Shown: piece by piece, positions 25,738-35,126 of the stretch | Layout: every line of letters begins with the position of its first letter | Numbering within the stretch: position 1 is the stretch's first letter | DNA from: a virus | Taxonomy: Duplodnaviria; Caudoviricetes | DNA length: 64,000 bases | Direction: 5' to 3' (one strand) | IMG/VR virus record: IMGVR_UViG_3300046837_000396 | Location: 1-64,000 of that record | The notes under the pieces: model-generated | Told to the model about the DNA's origin: nothing | Databases searched by the model: none | Seen by the model: the letters and a program-made list of their open reading frames with translations, nothing else | Translations under genes and position numbers: made by a program

Positions 25738-27174
25738 TCACGCTGCCTGTTCCTTCCGAACCATCACGAGCTCCTGGCGCGCACGCGTACAGGCGACGTA
25801 GTAGAGGTTGTCCTCCTCGACCGACGGTCGACGCCTGTACGTGTCGGCTAGCATCCAGACCCGGTCGGCCTCGAGACCCTTCGCCTTGTGGGTCGTCGAG
25901 AACACGACCGCGTTCGAATCCCGAAGGTCCGTGAAGAGACTCTCGATCCGGTCGAGCACGACCTGGACCGACGTCGCGGCCTCCGCGAGCGCCCTGATAC
26001 ACTCGGCCTTATCGGATACGATCTGGGCTTCCTGCTCCTTCGGCGGGTTCTTCGCCATCAGGCGGGCGTTCTCGTTCGCGACCCAACCGTCGAGATACTG
26101 GTCGAGTTCGATGACGGTCGCGGCCTTCGAACGCCTTACGATTCCAGCGAGGTTCGTCCCGATATCGCGCCCCAGTACGGTCGCGCGACGACCTTCCCGA
26201 AGGAGCTTCAGAGCGTGGCCGATCAGGGGGGCGTTGATCCGCGAAAGGACGAAGTCTCCCGGGAGGGCGGACGCGAGCATTGTGGCCTCATCCGATTCCC
26301 GCACGATCCCGTCGACGGCCCCCGGGGCGGCCTCGAGATCCGGCACGATCTTCTGCGCGACCTGTACGACTCGGACCGGACACCGGTACGTGACGGCAAG
26401 CGGCAAGACCTTCGCGTCGAGTCGCTTGATGATGTTCGGGATCGAGTCGCTCGCGGCGCCCCGGAACCCATAGATGGCCTGACGGTCGTCGCCGACCGCG
26501 CAGATCCGACCGTCGAATATCGTGCAGGACTTTAGCGCGAGTTCGATCTGAGCCGCACAGAGGTCCTGGGTTTCGTCGACGAACACGCGGTCATACGTCG
26601 GACCCTTCAGGGCCAGGACGTGCGGGAGCCAGATCATGTCGTCGAAGTCGATCGTCTCGAGGTTCTTACGCGAACGCTCGAGAATCGAAAGGGCATCGGC
26701 CAACAGGTCCTCACGGCGGAACTCCTCACCATCAACGAGTCCGAAGTCATCGACGATCGCATCGAGCTCCTCGGGGGTCGAGGCGAGCGAAGACTTCGCG
26801 AGCGAGACGAGTTTGCACGCGACCCGGCAGAGCGCCCGCGGGAAGTTCGGTGACTGCCGATAGATGTCGCCGAACAGCTTGTAGGTCTTGTCGGCGTCGA
26901 TCGGGATTCGGCCGAGATGCTTCGAAACGATCCTGAGCCCGAACGAGTGGCAGGTCGAAACGTCGACCCGCTTCGGAGCGCGCTGCTTCAGCTCCTCCGC
27001 GATCTTCTTATTGAACGCCACCATCTGGACGCTCGCCCCGCGGGGCACGTGCTGGAACGACTCGACTACGGTGGTCGTTTTTCCTGTTCCTGCACGAGCG
27101 ATTACGACCGTATGACCGGTTCCGTTCCTAACGTCCTCGAAGATGTCCTGCTGAAACCGGTTCCATTCTCTCAT
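25738..27174 (-). CDS. UvrD/Rep SF1 helicase
   Basis: ARAGTGKTT, VDETQD, VGDDRQAIYGFRGA, TTHKAKGLE, YVACTRA. Confidence 0.95.
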   Translation of the reverse strand: MREWNRFQQDIFEDVRNGTGHTVVIARAGTGKTTTVVESFQHVPRGASVQMVAFNKKIAEELKQRAPKRVDVSTCHSFGLRIVSKHLGRIPIDADKTYKLFGDIYRQSPNFPRALCRVACKLVSLAKSSLASTPEELDAIVDDFGLVDGEEFRREDLLADALSILERSRKNLETIDFDDMIWLPHVLALKGPTYDRVFVDETQDLCAAQIELALKSCTIFDGRICAVGDDRQAIYGFRGAASDSIPNIIKRLDAKVLPLAVTYRCPVRVVQVAQKIVPDLEAAPGAVDGIVRESDEATMLASALPGDFVLSRINAPLIGHALKLLREGRRATVLGRDIGTNLAGIVRRSKAATVIELDQYLDGWVANENARLMAKNPPKEQEAQIVSDKAECIRALAEAATSVQVVLDRIESLFTDLRDSNAVVFSTTHKAKGLEADRVWMLADTYRRRPSVEEDNLYYVACTRARQELVMVRKEQAA

Positions 27175-27211
27175 GTCGTCCTCGTCTCCTGTGTAGAGGG
27201 GTTATGAGGTA

Positions 27212-27244
27212 AGGGTAGCGTGTCTAGACACGTTGTCTAGACAC
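27212..27244 (-). promoter_or_regulatory. promoter with tandem operator, copy 5
   Basis: Boxes at 27220-27231 and 27233-27244; -10 TACCCT; leadered, with AGGAG SD before the helicase. Confidence 0.75.
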
Positions 27245-27809
27245 TTAATCCCGCATCGATATCTATCTGAGGGATTACGTAGATGTTACCCGCACCTCCG
27301 GCCTTCCGGGCCGCCTGAAGTTGGTCATACGCAACGTCCTTTTCAAACGGTCCCGCGACGGATTCGTCGTACGCGATCCAGTAGGTCGCTTCCTGAAGGC
27401 CCCCGATATGACCGGACGTCCCAAACGGCAAGATCCGTCGATCTGGTCGATAGATGTTCCCGAACACGACGGCCCGAACGCCGGCGTTGAGCGCGAGGCG
27501 GAAGCAGGGCCAACACGGGAACGCGGTCGTGAATAGAGCCGAGCCCTCAATCCGAACGCCGTGTTTGGCGGCCTGACAGATCGCGTTCGCCTCGGCGTGG
27601 ACGGTCCGGACGCAGTGCCCGTCCTCCATGTCGTGCCCGGCATCGTCGCAATGCGGTTCGCCGACGACGCTACCGTTGTAGCCGGTCGCCAGGATATTGT
27701 GACCCCGGACGATCACGGCCCCGACGTGAAGTCGGTCGCAGGTCGCGCGCTTCGAAACCTCTCGCGCGATCCCCATAAAGTACTCGGCCCAACCCGGACG
27801 CTTCCCCAT
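27237..27809 (-). CDS. dCMP deaminase
   Basis: RATCDRLHVGAVI, TGYNG, HAEANAI, PCWPC. Confidence 0.93.
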   Translation of the reverse strand: MGKRPGWAEYFMGIAREVSKRATCDRLHVGAVIVRGHNILATGYNGSVVGEPHCDDAGHDMEDGHCVRTVHAEANAICQAAKHGVRIEGSALFTTAFPCWPCFRLALNAGVRAVVFGNIYRPDRRILPFGTSGHIGGLQEATYWIAYDESVAGPFEKDVAYDQLQAARKAGGAGNIYVIPQIDIDAGLSV

Positions 27810-27820
27810 CTCGTTTCCTT

Positions 27821-28039
27821 TCAGCCGAACGCGGCTGGCTCGACGAATACGTCGATGCTGTGCCCGATCTCGTTCCCGACGTGATGCGCGACCCTGATGA
27901 CGAACCAAGCCGATTCCCCGCCGTCCCGAGAGAGCGTCACGACCTCCCCGAGCGCCGGAACCGACCACAGCCCCCACTCGCCGATCACTTCGGTTGGTTG
28001 CCCAAAGGGTGCGTGAAGGAACGTCGCGCAGAACGTCAC
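27821..28039 (-). CDS. hypothetical protein
   Basis: GTGA coupling; GGAGG SD. Confidence 0.55.
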   Translation of the reverse strand: MTFCATFLHAPFGQPTEVIGEWGLWSVPALGEVVTLSRDGGESAWFVIRVAHHVGNEIGHSIDVFVEPAAFG

Positions 28040-28392
28040 GCGCCGCCCTCCGCTAGATCCCGCAGTGTCCTCGGGTCGGCTGGTTCCTTCGCGTACGCGA
28101 CCCGGCAGAGTCGAATGAACGTACGGGCGTCTTCGGAATGCGTCAGCGCGACCTCGTTGTAGTTGTCGGCCGACGCATCCTGGTAGTAGTTGTCGAGTGC
28201 CGTGACGACGTCCGCGAGCTCCGGACACTTCATGAGGATCGCGATCGCGAGATCCTGAAACGATTGCTGTCCCTGCTCGGCCCGACGGGCCCGCTCGAGT
28301 AGTTCTCCGTTGCGGGTCAGGAGTTCCTGCTGCCGCGCCGCATGCTGCTCGTGTTGCTCCTCGAGGATCCGGACGGCATCCGAGAGTTTCAA
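28036..28392 (-). CDS. hypothetical protein
   Basis: TTGA coupling; GGAGG SD. Confidence 0.6.
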   Translation of the reverse strand: MKLSDAVRILEEQHEQHAARQQELLTRNGELLERARRAEQGQQSFQDLAIAILMKCPELADVVTALDNYYQDASADNYNEVALTHSEDARTFIRLCRVAYAKEPADPRTLRDLAEGGA

Positions 28393-29045
28393 AATTCCTC
28401 CACGAGACCCGCGACGTGCCGCGCGTATGCCGCAAGATCCTCGAGCGTTCCGGCGTTCTGGTAGAACGACGTAAAGAGCTCCGCCGGAATCCCGTCCTGC
28501 TCGGTTTCCGAAACGTGTTGGGCGGCCGCGCCGGCGAGCCCCTCTACCGGTCTCGAGATCCGCACGCATAGACCCTGTGCGTTGTTGATCCCGTCGACCT
28601 CGTTTCGGAACCGAACGTCTGGGATCACGACCCCCTGTACCTCACCGTAGGGCCGATCGTTGATATCGAAAAGCTGCTCGAGTCCTCGCTCCTTCGTGTA
28701 CGCGACTTCCTGCTCGGTCAGCAGACGCTTCGCAATCCGGAGCGCGTAGTCGCGCCACGTGTTGTCGTAACAGTACCGGCCGAACTCGGTCCCGAGGATC
28801 TGAAGCGCGAGCCGCGGCGTTAGGTACCCGGGGTCGAGACCAGGACGCGGATAGCGGGCGTCTTGAGCGTTCCGCATCGCGCTCGGTCCCCAGAGCTGAT
28901 GATCGCTGAACTCATAAACCTCTCGGCAGATGCGTTTCAGTGGGTCCGCGAAGCTCACCTTTACGAACCCGTGGTTCTGAACGAGAAAGTCCGCGAGCGT
29001 ATCTTTCCCCGCCCCGGCTTTGCCGCAAATTCCAACGAGCTTCAT
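28389..29045 (-). CDS. deoxynucleoside monophosphate kinase
   Basis: GKAGAGKDT, SFADPLK, PRLALQILGTE, IPDVRFRNE, HVSE. Confidence 0.92.
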   Translation of the reverse strand: MKLVGICGKAGAGKDTLADFLVQNHGFVKVSFADPLKRICREVYEFSDHQLWGPSAMRNAQDARYPRPGLDPGYLTPRLALQILGTEFGRYCYDNTWRDYALRIAKRLLTEQEVAYTKERGLEQLFDINDRPYGEVQGVVIPDVRFRNEVDGINNAQGLCVRISRPVEGLAGAAAQHVSETEQDGIPAELFTSFYQNAGTLEDLAAYARHVAGLVEEF

Positions 29046-29617
29046 CGCGGACCTCCATTCCCCGGGTACTTCGCCCAATCACGCTTCGAGACGATTCGCT
29101 GCCAAACCCCCCAGATGGTCTCGGGGTACGTGCAGGTTGACTCGTGCCGCACCTCATCGTGAACGTCCCACACGATCGCCAGGATTCCGACGAGAGCTTT
29201 ACGGGCGCCGAGTTCGTGGTCCTCGTTCCGACGAATCCGCTGCTCTTTTTTGAGCCAGTGATGCGAGAGTCGCCCGACCAACGCCATTAGGCGGCTGAAG
29301 ACCGACGACTCCTGCTCTTCGTCGACGTCATCCGCGGCCGCGCTCGCGGCTGCTTCCGCAAAGACTTCGGCGGCCGAGATCGAGAGCTTGTTACAGAAGT
29401 CGATCGCGTAGATCGCGACGTCGGCGGTCGCGTCGACCGCCTTGTCGCGGTCCTTCAGCTCGATCGCCTCCGCGAGTTCCCCGAGTTCCTCAAAGATCCC
29501 AACCATCGGTTGTTCGGGGTGCCCGATCGCACCCGGGAAGTTTGCCGTTGCCCATCGGGCGTTCTCGTCCTGGAACGCATCCCAAAACGCTTTCGAGTTG
29601 TCTGCGATCGTCTCCAT
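29042..29617 (-). CDS. MazG-like NTP pyrophosphohydrolase (duplicated fold)
   Basis: EELGELAEA...DATADVAIY. Confidence 0.8.
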   Translation of the reverse strand: METIADNSKAFWDAFQDENARWATANFPGAIGHPEQPMVGIFEELGELAEAIELKDRDKAVDATADVAIYAIDFCNKLSISAAEVFAEAAASAAADDVDEEQESSVFSRLMALVGRLSHHWLKKEQRIRRNEDHELGARKALVGILAIVWDVHDEVRHESTCTYPETIWGVWQRIVSKRDWAKYPGNGGPR

Positions 29618-29648
29618 CCAGCCTCCGGTCGAGGGATGGCGCGGACCG

Positions 29649-31355
29649 CTATCGGGTCATGATGTTGGTTCCGGCGGGACCGACTCCGGGTGCGTCCGGG
29701 ATCCCGAACTTCTTCGCGATCTCGTGCGCGATGAAGAGCGACATCAGGACGTCCCCCGTGTGCTTGGACGGCACGTAGTAGAGACAATCGTCGATCAGCC
29801 GTTGGATGTTAGGATGACAGACTCCGCCGCGGTTCGGGAACGCCCACGCGCCGTTCGCCATCTGGACGAAGATTCCCGGGATCCCGTACTCGGGATGCGC
29901 CTTCGAGCGCCCGGTCGTGTACGGCATGATCGGGAGCGAAACGTTCTGATCGAGCGCCCACTGAAGCAGGAAGTCCTGGCTGGCATTGTTCTCGACCGCC
30001 ACAACGGAGTCGTAGTCACGCTGCTTGCGATGAATCCGTTGAACGATCTCGCGGCCGGCCCAACGACCGTAGTCGACGTCGAGTACGACCCGGTGACCTG
30101 ACTGCCGGACCTCGATCGTCGTGAGGCTTGTGAAGTCGTGCTCCTCGCCGCGCCCGACCGCGAGGTCGACACCCGTGAACGTGTAGGCGTTCCGGCGGTC
30201 CTGAAACTGCGGCCCCCCCGACACCATCGCGTCGATCCCGAAAAGTCTCGCGACTTCCTTACAGCGGTCGACGTACTCGGCTTTACACATCGCCTGCTCG
30301 TCGTCGCGCGGAAGGTTCAGGTACAGCTGATTGAACTGGATGTTCTTCCGAAGGTCCCGCTCGACGCGGTCTTCGTCGTAACGGTCCGGCCAAAGGGTTC
30401 GGCGGCCGGCCGGTTCTTTATCGTTTCCGACAAGCCTAAGGGCGCCTGCCTCGATCGCGGGCCCGTCCCGGGGGGTCGCGTCCCGGAGATCATCAGCCCC
30501 CGGTTTCCCCTCGAGCCCAAAGTCGGTATCGCCGTACACGTACACGTTCCCCAGAACATCCATCCGGAGAGTCGGAAACCCACGCTTCCGGAGCTCGTGT
30601 AGGAGGTCCTCGGGATGGAACGCCGTATTGCAGACCACGATCGTACCGCCCTTTACAAGACGTGAAACGACCGCCGTGAAGAACCACTTGAGCGTCTTCT
30701 GACGCTGCTCCTGCGTCAGCGTGTTCTCGGGCGTCAGGATGTCGTCGACGACGATCCAGTCGAGGCGCGACCCAATGATAGGACCGTCCATCCCGAGCGC
30801 GACGAGCGACGGATCCTTGATGCCGGGTGGTCGTTCGACGACGATCGCGGTCTGGGTCCAGGGGTCGCCGTGCCGGGTCGACGGCATCAGGTGCGGCGCG
30901 ACCGCCCGGAGCCGCCAGCTCCCCTCGATGTAGTCTTTGACGATCCTCAGAACCTTCTCGGCCTGTGTCTGGGTCGCCGATACGACCGCTCCGCGCTGGC
31001 TCTGATCCCGCTGGAGCCGAAAGAGGCCCAGCATCGACATCGTTACGGTTTTGCCGTGGTCCGCCGGGAGCATCACGACCGACAACGGGTGGTGAAGCGC
31101 AAACTCAACCGTGACCTTTTGGTGTGGCGAAACCCGTACGCAATCGAGCGGATTGCGATTATCGAAGAACTTCTGGGTTTCGCCATCGGCCCCCAGACGG
31201 GACTCTTCTTCGGGCTTCATGACGAAGCTGATGAACGAACACGGATCGCGAGACGCCTCGAGCGCGCGGGCCGCTATCTGGGCCCGGACGAGGTTGTACT
31301 GGTCGACCTTCGAGAGGTCCCCGGTTGGATTCTCCACAATCCTATTGGGGCACAC
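29649..31355 (-). CDS. terL: terminase large subunit
   Basis: PADHGKT, GSRLDWIVVDD, TGVDLA...DFT, VENNASQ, HTGDVLMS. Confidence 0.9.
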   Translation of the reverse strand: MCPNRIVENPTGDLSKVDQYNLVRAQIAARALEASRDPCSFISFVMKPEEESRLGADGETQKFFDNRNPLDCVRVSPHQKVTVEFALHHPLSVVMLPADHGKTVTMSMLGLFRLQRDQSQRGAVVSATQTQAEKVLRIVKDYIEGSWRLRAVAPHLMPSTRHGDPWTQTAIVVERPPGIKDPSLVALGMDGPIIGSRLDWIVVDDILTPENTLTQEQRQKTLKWFFTAVVSRLVKGGTIVVCNTAFHPEDLLHELRKRGFPTLRMDVLGNVYVYGDTDFGLEGKPGADDLRDATPRDGPAIEAGALRLVGNDKEPAGRRTLWPDRYDEDRVERDLRKNIQFNQLYLNLPRDDEQAMCKAEYVDRCKEVARLFGIDAMVSGGPQFQDRRNAYTFTGVDLAVGRGEEHDFTSLTTIEVRQSGHRVVLDVDYGRWAGREIVQRIHRKQRDYDSVVAVENNASQDFLLQWALDQNVSLPIMPYTTGRSKAHPEYGIPGIFVQMANGAWAFPNRGGVCHPNIQRLIDDCLYYVPSKHTGDVLMSLFIAHEIAKKFGIPDAPGVGPAGTNIMTR

Positions 31356-31358
31356 GCC

Positions 31359-31931
31359 CTACGGGTGAAGCAACCGCTCGCAGTCCCGAACGACCTGAAC
31401 CAAGTGCGGCCACGAAAGACAACGCCCGCCCCGCCACGCTTGGTTGAACGGCTTATCCCAGACGATCCCGGTGCCGGTGGGATGGGCGGCCACCCACTTC
31501 TCGACGTGCGGATGATGGTCGTCGACCAGATAGTCACCGACCATCCGGAACTTCTTCCGGCAATGATGGACGTCGCCGTGGTGAAACCCGAAGTGATGCA
31601 GGAGCCACTCGTCACGCTCGTGAACCCACGTCGGATTCCCGTGCAGGGGACTCGTCAGAACTTCGACGTCAGCGATCTTCCGGAGTTCCGTGAGACCCTC
31701 GAGCGCTCCCGCGACGGGTTCGATCGTGAGGCAGAAGTCTCGTTCACGAGCCCGTTCCCACGCGAGCTTCTGGACCCGCTCCCACCCCGGGAGGTTTCCA
31801 AATCCCCATTCCGTGATGTCGGCGGGTTCGTATCGGATCCCGGTGTCCCGGTAGACCTGGTCGAGCATCCGCTTATCGAAGTCCGCGAGCGGACCATCGC
31901 AATCAAGTAGGATCAGGGAACGTCGTGACAT
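31359..31931 (-). CDS. HAD 5'(3')-deoxyribonucleotidase
   Basis: LLDCDGPLADF, LTSP, GDYLVDD, PFN. Confidence 0.88.
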   Translation of the reverse strand: MSRRSLILLDCDGPLADFDKRMLDQVYRDTGIRYEPADITEWGFGNLPGWERVQKLAWERARERDFCLTIEPVAGALEGLTELRKIADVEVLTSPLHGNPTWVHERDEWLLHHFGFHHGDVHHCRKKFRMVGDYLVDDHHPHVEKWVAAHPTGTGIVWDKPFNQAWRGGRCLSWPHLVQVVRDCERLLHP

Positions 31932-32244
31932 CTTTCTTCTCTTCTTCCTCATCCGGCAGCGGGACCGCCCACTCACGTTCCCGCCGGACCCGGAGCCGCC
32001 ACAACACCCTACGGCCATGCCGGACCGCCTCAGCCTCGCCAAGCTCCTCGAGAGCCGCGACGAGCTGGCGTAGCATCGCCTCCTGAACGCCTTCCTGGCG
32101 GGCGCGAGCGACGAGCGCGGACCATTCTCGCGCCCGTACCAGGAACCCCACTACCCAACGGGTTCGCTCGACCCAAACCGGGTTCGCCAACGGGTGGACG
32201 ATCTGAGCATCCTCCTGGTGTCGACCTCGCGGAATCAGGGGCAT
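31903..32244 (-). CDS. hypothetical protein
   Basis: 113 aa. Confidence 0.55.
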   Translation of the reverse strand: MPLIPRGRHQEDAQIVHPLANPVWVERTRWVVGFLVRAREWSALVARARQEGVQEAMLRQLVAALEELGEAEAVRHGRRVLWRLRVRREREWAVPLPDEEEEKKDVTTFPDPT

Positions 32245-32268
32245 CCTGGCCCCCTATGGCGCAACCCG

Positions 32269-32568
32269 CTATGGGGCTTGTGGCTTGGTCGGATCCGGCA
32301 CGCTGAAGTGGCGTTGGAACTCGGCCATCAAGAGGGCCGTCTGTCGCTCGACCGCGACCCGATACTGGTCGAGCTTTTCCGACATCATGTCGATCCGCTT
32401 ATCCTGAAGCCGCTGGGCCTCCCGGATACCTTCGAATTCGGAATCGAGACACGAGACCTTTGCCGCTATCCCTTCGAGGAGCGCTTGGGCGGTCGGTGGG
32501 ATTCCCTCGAGTACGAGCCCCGGGGGCGGAGCAGAATGCCTACCGTTTTCAGTCTCGGGTTCCGACAT
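32269..32568 (-). CDS. coiled-coil hypothetical protein (leaderless)
   Basis: TAGCGT-N6-ATG. Confidence 0.6.
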   Translation of the reverse strand: MSEPETENGRHSAPPPGLVLEGIPPTAQALLEGIAAKVSCLDSEFEGIREAQRLQDKRIDMMSEKLDQYRVAVERQTALLMAEFQRHFSVPDPTKPQAP

Positions 32569-32599
32569 ACCAGAACGCTATCGCGGCCCCCCGGGCTGG

Positions 32600-33214
32600 T
32601 CAACGGGGCCGCGTCAGGACTTCGGTCCCGTCCTGCTGGGTCGCGACGACCTTCCCGGCCTCGAACAAGCGGGCCTTCCGCTTCTCATCGAGCGCAATGT
32701 CGACAGCGGCCCGGAATTGTTCGGGCGTCAGTTCGAGCATCACGCGATCTACTGCCTCGACCTGAGCGAACTCGACATTAACCTTGATGGGTTCCTTCGT
32801 TCCCTGAAGGTCCGAGAGGAGCCGCTCCCGCTGCATGATCGCGCCGTGGTCCCAGCTCTTCGACTCACCCGCCCGGAGTTCCGAGAGATCGTTCAGAAGG
32901 CGTTGAATCGCCCACGCCTTCGCCTTCGGGCGGTTTCGTTCTTCTTCCGCGACCCACCGGAGCTTCACGCGCTCGATCATGTGGAGGCTCGCCCGGCGGG
33001 TCATGCCCCAGGTGTTCCGGCAGAACGACACGACCTTCTCGTCCGGCGAGCCCCTCCAGAGAAGCTGGCCGACGAACCTCATCCGGAGCTTCTTGTCCGC
33101 CTCCGAAAGCTGAACCGCGCCGCGCGGCGCGGCGGAAGGCTCCGGCGGTAGGGGTGGTTTCGCGTCTATTCGGCGGCGCCGCATCGGTCGATTGATGTCT
33201 TTACCGCGCCCCAC
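32600..33214 (-). CDS. putative terminase small subunit
   Basis: N-terminal HTH-like region, helical hairpin and LQGTKEPIKVNVE; upstream of terL. Confidence 0.6.
   Translation of the reverse strand: MGRGKDINRPMRRRRIDAKPPLPPEPSAAPRGAVQLSEADKKLRMRFVGQLLWRGSPDEKVVSFCRNTWGMTRRASLHMIERVKLRWVAEEERNRPKAKAWAIQRLLNDLSELRAGESKSWDHGAIMQRERLLSDLQGTKEPIKVNVEFAQVEAVDRVMLELTPEQFRAAVDIALDEKRKARLFEAGKVVATQQDGTEVLTRPR
33114..33133. repeat. GC palindrome, copy 7
   Basis: 19/20; 18-bp core perfect. Confidence 0.93.
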
Positions 33215-33446
33215 CGGGAGCCGCGAACGGGTCCCGGTGAAGGTGAAGCGACCCGAACCGGGCGATTTGGGCCCGGACGCCGCTGCCGGTCGAACACTGG
33301 CCTCGCCAGGCGGTCCCGCAGGAATCGCAAGTCGCCTCGATCTTCCAGGTCGGAACCTGATCCGGTTCCGAGTCTTCTGGGTCAGGTTCCCGGTACCGGC
33401 CCCTCACGTGGGGGGCAAACGCAGGGGACCACTCGACCCACGTCAC
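33201..33446 (-). CDS. hypothetical protein
   Basis: 81 aa; CxxC. Confidence 0.55.
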   Translation of the reverse strand: MTWVEWSPAFAPHVRGRYREPDPEDSEPDQVPTWKIEATCDSCGTAWRGQCSTGSGVRAQIARFGSLHLHRDPFAAPGGAR

Positions 33447-33715
33447 GTCGAAAAGATCTCCCGCGCGTACCGGGTCGCGAGCTCCCGTACGATCCGGTCG
33501 CAGTCCTCCTTCGCGACCTTCCGGGCGACGTCGTCCATCCCCTGAACCAGGATGTCGAACATCGTGTCGGCGACGACCGCGAACGCTTTCATCGCCATGT
33601 AGAGCTCGACGTACCGTTCGAACACGGCCGTTGGCCGTAATCCCTCGACGCTGTTCGAGATCCCTTCGAGTTCCTCGCGGACCGGATCAAATATCTTCTC
33701 GACGATCGTCTTCAT
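33443..33715 (-). CDS. hypothetical protein
   Basis: ATGA coupling. Confidence 0.6.
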   Translation of the reverse strand: MKTIVEKIFDPVREELEGISNSVEGLRPTAVFERYVELYMAMKAFAVVADTMFDILVQGMDDVARKVAKEDCDRIVRELATRYAREIFST

Positions 33716-34071
33716 GAGGCACCAAGCGTTCTGGCGGTACGGGCAAAAACTCGTGAGATGATCCCGGTAACGGCCGGCGCGTCGAGTCCGATCGCCTTCC
33801 CGAGCGGGAGCGCCTCCCGGCACATGTGGTTCGTAAGTGCCTGCATTTGGTTCATGAACGCGATCTCGTTTTCCCGCATCGGGACCATGTCGCCTTCCCG
33901 GACCAACAGGACGTTCCCGTCCTCGAATTCAACGCATTCCTCCGATATCGGGCCGGTCGACCCCACGTAGGTCCCGGGGGCCCAGAACTTCTTGACCTTT
34001 CCCCCGACGTTCGCCCCCTGGTGATAGAACCAACCCGCCGAGCCCTCTGCCACTGCCGTAACGTCAGCCAT
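33712..34071 (-). CDS. hypothetical protein
   Basis: 119 aa. Confidence 0.65.
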   Translation of the reverse strand: MADVTAVAEGSAGWFYHQGANVGGKVKKFWAPGTYVGSTGPISEECVEFEDGNVLLVREGDMVPMRENEIAFMNQMQALTNHMCREALPLGKAIGLDAPAVTGIISRVFARTARTLGAS

Positions 34072-34462
34072 CTTCGATCTCCCTTAGCTCGTCGGCCAGG
34101 TCGGCCGCCGGATCTCCTTCGCCCACGACCTCGTCGAGTCCTTCCGGGGTCGGAACACTCCCCCCATCTAACCATTCCCACTCGTGCCCCTCTACGGCCG
34201 CAAGCGCCTCTGGGTCTATGGCCGGATCTCGGCGGTCGAGGTCCCGTTCGGCCCACTCGTACCCTCGGACGTACCCGGACCGGTACGCCTCCTCGGCCAA
34301 CGAGCGCGCGAACTCGATCCATTGCCGACGGGTCGCGCGGCGGTGCGATGTCGCGAAAACTTCGACGATTTGCCCCAACCTGGACGGCGCCTCGGGCCCC
34401 TCGTAGTAGGTCCCACGGAGCCGCTGGAATAGATTCCGGAGCAGCCTACTGATCGGCACCAT
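34064..34462 (-). CDS. hypothetical protein
   Basis: 132 aa. Confidence 0.65.
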   Translation of the reverse strand: MVPISRLLRNLFQRLRGTYYEGPEAPSRLGQIVEVFATSHRRATRRQWIEFARSLAEEAYRSGYVRGYEWAERDLDRRDPAIDPEALAAVEGHEWEWLDGGSVPTPEGLDEVVGEGDPAADLADELREIEDG

Positions 34463-35126
34463 CGGCAGGCGAGGCTCCCTTCGGGGCGGCTCGCTCTTTT
34501 GACTCCCGCTTCGCGCCCTTCCGGATCATCTCCTGGACGACATCACCGGTCCGCTTTTGCGTCAGCTTCGAGCGCTCGACGAGCCACTCCTTCACCTGGT
34601 CCCGGACCTCGATATCGCCGAACTCAAGGCTCAGCGTAACGGAGCGCCCGAACGTCGCGGGTTTCGGGTCGTCGAGCGCCGGTGGCGCGACCGTCTTGAG
34701 GGCCCGCTCGATCTCCTTCGCCGAAAACCCGAGTTCCTCGAACCGGAATCCCTCCGGGAAGTCTTCTGACTCGAACAGCTGTCCGAGCTTGTCTTGATCG
34801 AACTCCCCACCGATCCGGTTCAGCCGGAGATTCAGCCGCTTGGCGGTCGCGTCGTCGCAATCGAGAATGAAGCACGTTGCCTTCGGGTTCTTCACCCCCT
34901 GCTCGTGCTCGACCTCTACGAACGCGTTGAGGCGCTGATGCCCCCCGATGATCATGTTGTTCGACTTCTGGACCACGATGGGTTCGACGAGCCCGTGCTC
35001 GCGAATCGAGTCCTTCAGGAGCTCAAAGTCGTCCGCCGATATCTTGCGCGGATTGTAGGGGGCCGGAACGAGCAAACTCGCCGGCAACAACTTGATCTCA
35101 AACTTCTTCTCCTGCTTTTCCATCAT
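34446..35126 (-). CDS. ParB N-terminal (ParB/Srx-like) domain protein
   Basis: PAPYNPRKI...SIREHGLVEPIVV...IIGGHQR. Confidence 0.9.
   Translation of the reverse strand: MMEKQEKKFEIKLLPASLLVPAPYNPRKISADDFELLKDSIREHGLVEPIVVQKSNNMIIGGHQRLNAFVEVEHEQGVKNPKATCFILDCDDATAKRLNLRLNRIGGEFDQDKLGQLFESEDFPEGFRFEELGFSAKEIERALKTVAPPALDDPKPATFGRSVTLSLEFGDIEVRDQVKEWLVERSKLTQKRTGDVVQEMIRKGAKRESKERAAPKGASPADGADQ

Noticed and set aside
1360-27244. TCTAGA repeats as a CRISPR array or att sites
   Set aside because: Copies are kilobases apart, always overlie promoter elements, and no cas or integrase gene is seen.
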